64,000 nucleotides of DNA from the NCBI GenBank assembly GCA_002633005.1, contig NMRA01000132.1, positions 186,001 to 250,000 on the forward strand, given 5' to 3'. Origin of the DNA: Phoronis australis. Taxonomy: Eukaryota; Animalia; Phoronida. Position numbers and translations under genes: made by a program. Under the pieces are notes generated by a model. It ran no database searches. It was given only the letters and a program-made list of their open reading frames with translations, and was not told the origin of the DNA. This document shows positions 60,388 to 64,000 of this stretch, in pieces. Positions within the stretch are counted from its first letter, which is position 1. Each line of letters starts with the position of its first letter.

Positions 60388-61281
60388 TTTTTTAGATATT
60401 TATTATCATTTACAAAGAATTACTAAAACAAACAAACAAACAAATAAGTACACCATTCATGCATGCATGGACACCTCAGGAAGACCATTCTCGTATATCG
60501 TTTAAAGTAAATATCTTCTTGAACAATAAAATTTTCCCATTTCGCAGAGAAGCTGTCATATACAAAGTTTTTATATGCAATTAATTTTTCAGCATTACAG
60601 TACTCATAAGTATATTTAACGAACTTGTGAAAATTAGGTATATTTTTGTGACATCTCTCCTTGTAAATGTTCTATTTAGCTCGAAGAAGCAAAATGTTAA
60701 ATAGAAAATCATGCGTCTTGTAAAGTCCAAGAATAACACTATCGTAAGACAGACAGTTGGGAAGCTGAATGCGACACTTTTTAAGTAGCTTTCCGAATTC
60801 CTTCCAGAAATCTTGTACAAAGCTACATTCCCAAAAAAGGTGGGACAGCGTCTCTGGAGCTTTATTACAAAAGGAACGTAAATCAGAATCCCTAACACAT
60901 ATTTTTACTAAAAAAGTATTTTTTGTAGTATTCCATATTGGAACCACCTAATATGGGAATCCTTTGTAATTTTGTAAGGTAAGGCATATATTTTCTTCCA
61001 ATCTAAACTAATCTCCTAGCTCTATTTCCCATTTACACTCTTAACGCCATTAAAGACTGAACAAATATGTCTACAACCCTTCAAATCTTTCCGTTAATGA
61101 GCAATTGCTAAAGGCATGCAAAGAGAGTAGACATTAACACTTTTAAATTTACTTTGGAATAGACTTTTTGATTCCTTTTTAGAACAGAAACAACACCATC
61201 ATATTCTACAAAGTTGGTTTTTACATCGAACCTATTTTTCATATTGTTTAAACTAACAAAATCACCATCAGAGGTATACAT
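60388..61281 (-). mobile_element. L1/Tx1-type LINE, 3' part of ORF2 (decayed) and A-rich tail
   Basis: Minus-strand LDWKKIYALPYKITKDSHIRWFQY, FCNKAPETLSHLFWECSFVQDFW (C-terminal zinc-binding region), AATAAA and short poly-A near 60388-60404. Confidence 0.88.
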
Positions 61282-62818
61282 GCTTTTCTAAGATGTTTGA
61301 AAAACTTATTTATAATCAACTTTACGAATATTTTCAATCTAATGGCTTGCTACATCCTGCCCAATATGATTTTTGTGGGGGGCACTTAACAGAACTGGCT
61401 TTAGTTGAAATTATGGATAGAATTGTCAAGGCTATGGAAAATAATAAATTACCCCTGGCCATTCTAATTGATCTTTCCAAAGCTTTTGAATCTTTAAGTC
61501 ATTCAATTTTGCTTGACAAACTTTTATATTATGGTTGTAACCCCTTGTCTTTAAGTTTCTTGAGAAACAATTTCTCTAATCGGGCTCAGTATGTTCAAAT
61601 TAACAACACAAAATCTAACACAGTTCCAATTCTACGAGGTGTCCCACAGGGGTCTATATTGGGTCCGTTATTATTCATCATTTATATGAATGATTTTGTA
61701 AAGTGCACAAGTTTCTTTGACTTCATACTTTATGCTGATGATACTACTATTATTAATGGTATTTATAGCACCTTGTCTGTAAATGAGTCACGCATGTTTT
61801 GTCCGGAGCTGGTGAAAATTCAGTCTTGGTTAAATGTAAATGGACTGCTTTTAAATGCAACTAAAACAAATTTCATGGTTTTTCATAAACCCCCAAAACG
61901 TATTGATGATTTTTATTTTAAGTTTAATAATTTGGAAATTGAAATAGTTCGTTCTTTCAATTTACTTGGTGTTACCATCAACGAAAACTTGTTATGGAGT
62001 CCACACATAAACAATTTGTTGAGAAAGATAAGCAGATTCTGTGGTGTTCTTAATAACATAAAACATTTCTTGCCCTTTGAAACTTTGAAAACTATATATA
62101 ATGGCCTTGTCCTTCCTCATTTTAATTATTGCATTCTGCTATGGGGGTGAACATCATAGAATATTTAAATTACAGAAAGAGGTTATTCGCAATATTACCT
62201 CTACCTCTGCCCATACAGATCCTTTATTTAAGACTACACAAATACTCAAAATAAAGGACTTGTATGTTGTTGCTATTATTAAATTTTTCTACAAATATGT
62301 TCATAATTACTTACCTTCATTTTTAACACGTTCAATTCAATAACTCGTGGGTCTGTTCATGAACATTACACTAGGCAACGACATCTTTTACATACTCCCC
62401 GTTGTACTAAATCATTTGCTGAAGATTCAGTTCGAAATGCCCTACCTCATATCATTAATAACCTTCCTGAAAGTGTCTCCCAAAAACTTTTTATCTATTC
62501 GTTGTCCTCTGTTATAAATTATTTTAAGAATCGTTGTTTTGAAAATTATGAACTTGAGTGCACTATTCCCAACTGCTTTGTGTGTAACTATTTTCGATAA
62601 TCTCTCCCTGTCTTTACACAAGTAGTTTTAAAGTACATTATCACCTAATTTTTATAGTTCTGATTATCTGTAATGCTGTATTTTTTCTTTCTTATTCTCT
62701 GGTGGCTCCGTGGTCAGCGGACCTCTCGGGTCCTTCACGGAATCTTCATAAGCGTAGATCTGTATCAACTGTATTTTTTGTTTTTTGACTTAAAGTGAAT
62801 AAAGTGTATTACTACTAC
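61282..62818 (+). mobile_element. 5'-truncated CR1-group (L2/Crack/Daphne-like) LINE inserted into the L1/Tx1 element
   Basis: RT ORF 61293-62150, frameshifted continuation, C-terminal CTIPNCFVC, 3' stem-loop 62708-62740, AATAAA plus (TAC)n tail, flanked by TACAT. Confidence 0.92.
61293..62150 (+). pseudogene. Non-LTR reverse transcriptase domain (truncated, frameshifted)
   Basis: IDLSKAFE, GVPQGSILGPLLF, YADDT, LNATKT, LGV motifs; no endonuclease domain; frameshift at the G-run near 62143. Confidence 0.92.
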
Positions 62819-63500
62819 TACATATCTCTAATAAATCTTAAGCCTTTTACAAACCAAGGCTTATAAAAATCACCTGTGCCTCCGATCGCCAAGTTATTAT
62901 TAAACCACAGAGGTTGATTCAAAAAGTCCTCTTTACTCGCAACAATTATTTTCTTGTAGAAAGATGTCATACTTCCAAATACGTCGCGCCAATAGGAATT
63001 ACCAATTAGGGTTAATTTCGACTTAATAAAGTCATGTCCAAATGAAGCAAAATTCTTTAAGAACGGGTAGAGTGAGTACAGTAATTCAGCACTTTTAGAC
63101 GCAGGGCTTTCAAGATATCTGCGGGCCATAGCGAGTTTTAAAGCTTTGCTGAAAGTATGCATATTAACCATTTGAATTCCCCTTGATCTAGTCCTAAACA
63201 GGCCGTAGTTCGTTTAATTTTATCATTAGGGGCCTGCCATACTAATCTAAAAAATGTATTCAATCCATCCAAGACTTTTACTGGTCGGTTTGGTAAACTT
63301 GGCAACAAAAAATTAAGTTTAGAAATAGCTAATGCTTTAATTACCGTTACTCTACCAAACGGCGTTAAATTTCGTCGACTCCAACTTTTTAGTAAAGACG
63401 TGATCTCAGTTATTCGTGCAGTGAAGTTCTTATGCGTCATACTATCCAACTGAGTGTGAAAACAAACCCCCCAAAATCTAAAAGATTTTTTCGTCCAAGA
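62819..63500 (-). mobile_element. L1/Tx1-type LINE, upstream part of the interrupted ORF2 (post-RT region)
   Basis: LKSWSRRNLTPFGRVTVIKALAISKL, NQPLWFNNNL..GG, GLRFIRDM; the frame continues at 61281 once the insert is removed. Confidence 0.88.
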
Positions 63501-64000
63501 CAGACTTTCTTTTGTAGGAATCACGTCATCAACTACCAGTTTTACTACCGGATCAGGCCCGTCGCTGCCGGACTGGAGACTTTAAGAATATAAACCAGCC
63601 AGGTTAGTCAGCTGCGAAAGTTGAGAGCTAAACTTCCAGTCACGAAAAAACTAGACTAGTGAACCAAAAATAATGTGCACGTGAATATTTCGGTGAATTC
63701 ATTTGTAATCGAGCGTGTTATGTCAAGAATTTTATTTATAATATGATTGCTGACACGGGAGAACGAACAATCATGACATATATTGCCGTTCATAAAAAGA
63801 CAAATTAAAAGTAAAATGTTATCTACACATTGAATTTTAGTACATGAACCGAGAGGCAGTTTTAATGTTAATTAAACCTAGCCTCTCAGGCTGAATAGAT
63901 TTGCTTTCCCAATTGCTTGTTTATGCCACAGACATCATAGTATTGAGATGTCAATGGTTTATACCGTTGATACTTCATTTTGAAAAAATCAGTTTATTTT

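Overview
Eukaryotic genomic window, probably a metazoan invertebrate. It is AT-rich, intron-containing and repeat-dense, from a draft assembly with two N-gaps and four single-n joins. One host gene can be fully reconstructed: a 14-coding-exon beta-1,3-glucosyltransferase (B3GLCT/B3GALTL orthologue, GT31 Fringe-like). It lies on + at 37449-56814, has 1425 nt of CDS (474 aa), consistent GT-AG phases, a DDD motif and a C-terminal RQEL. Three tandem duplications in or upstream of it each have a single n at the junction and are most likely uncollapsed haplotype overlaps. The rest is mobile DNA: two decayed Gypsy remnants, an RNase H-bearing LINE remnant, a CR1-group LINE nested in an L1/Tx1-type LINE, tRNA-derived SINE(s) and several MITE families (two with clean 5-bp TSDs). 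The most interesting non-coding signal is a set of minimal hammerhead-ribozyme motifs of the Penelope-like (PLE) type inside long inverted repeats (31.9-32.2 kb and 48.1-48.4 kb). No prokaryotic-type systems (CRISPR, operons) are present. I found no convincing wholly new system; the candidates are graded below. All analysis was by eye, with no database searches.
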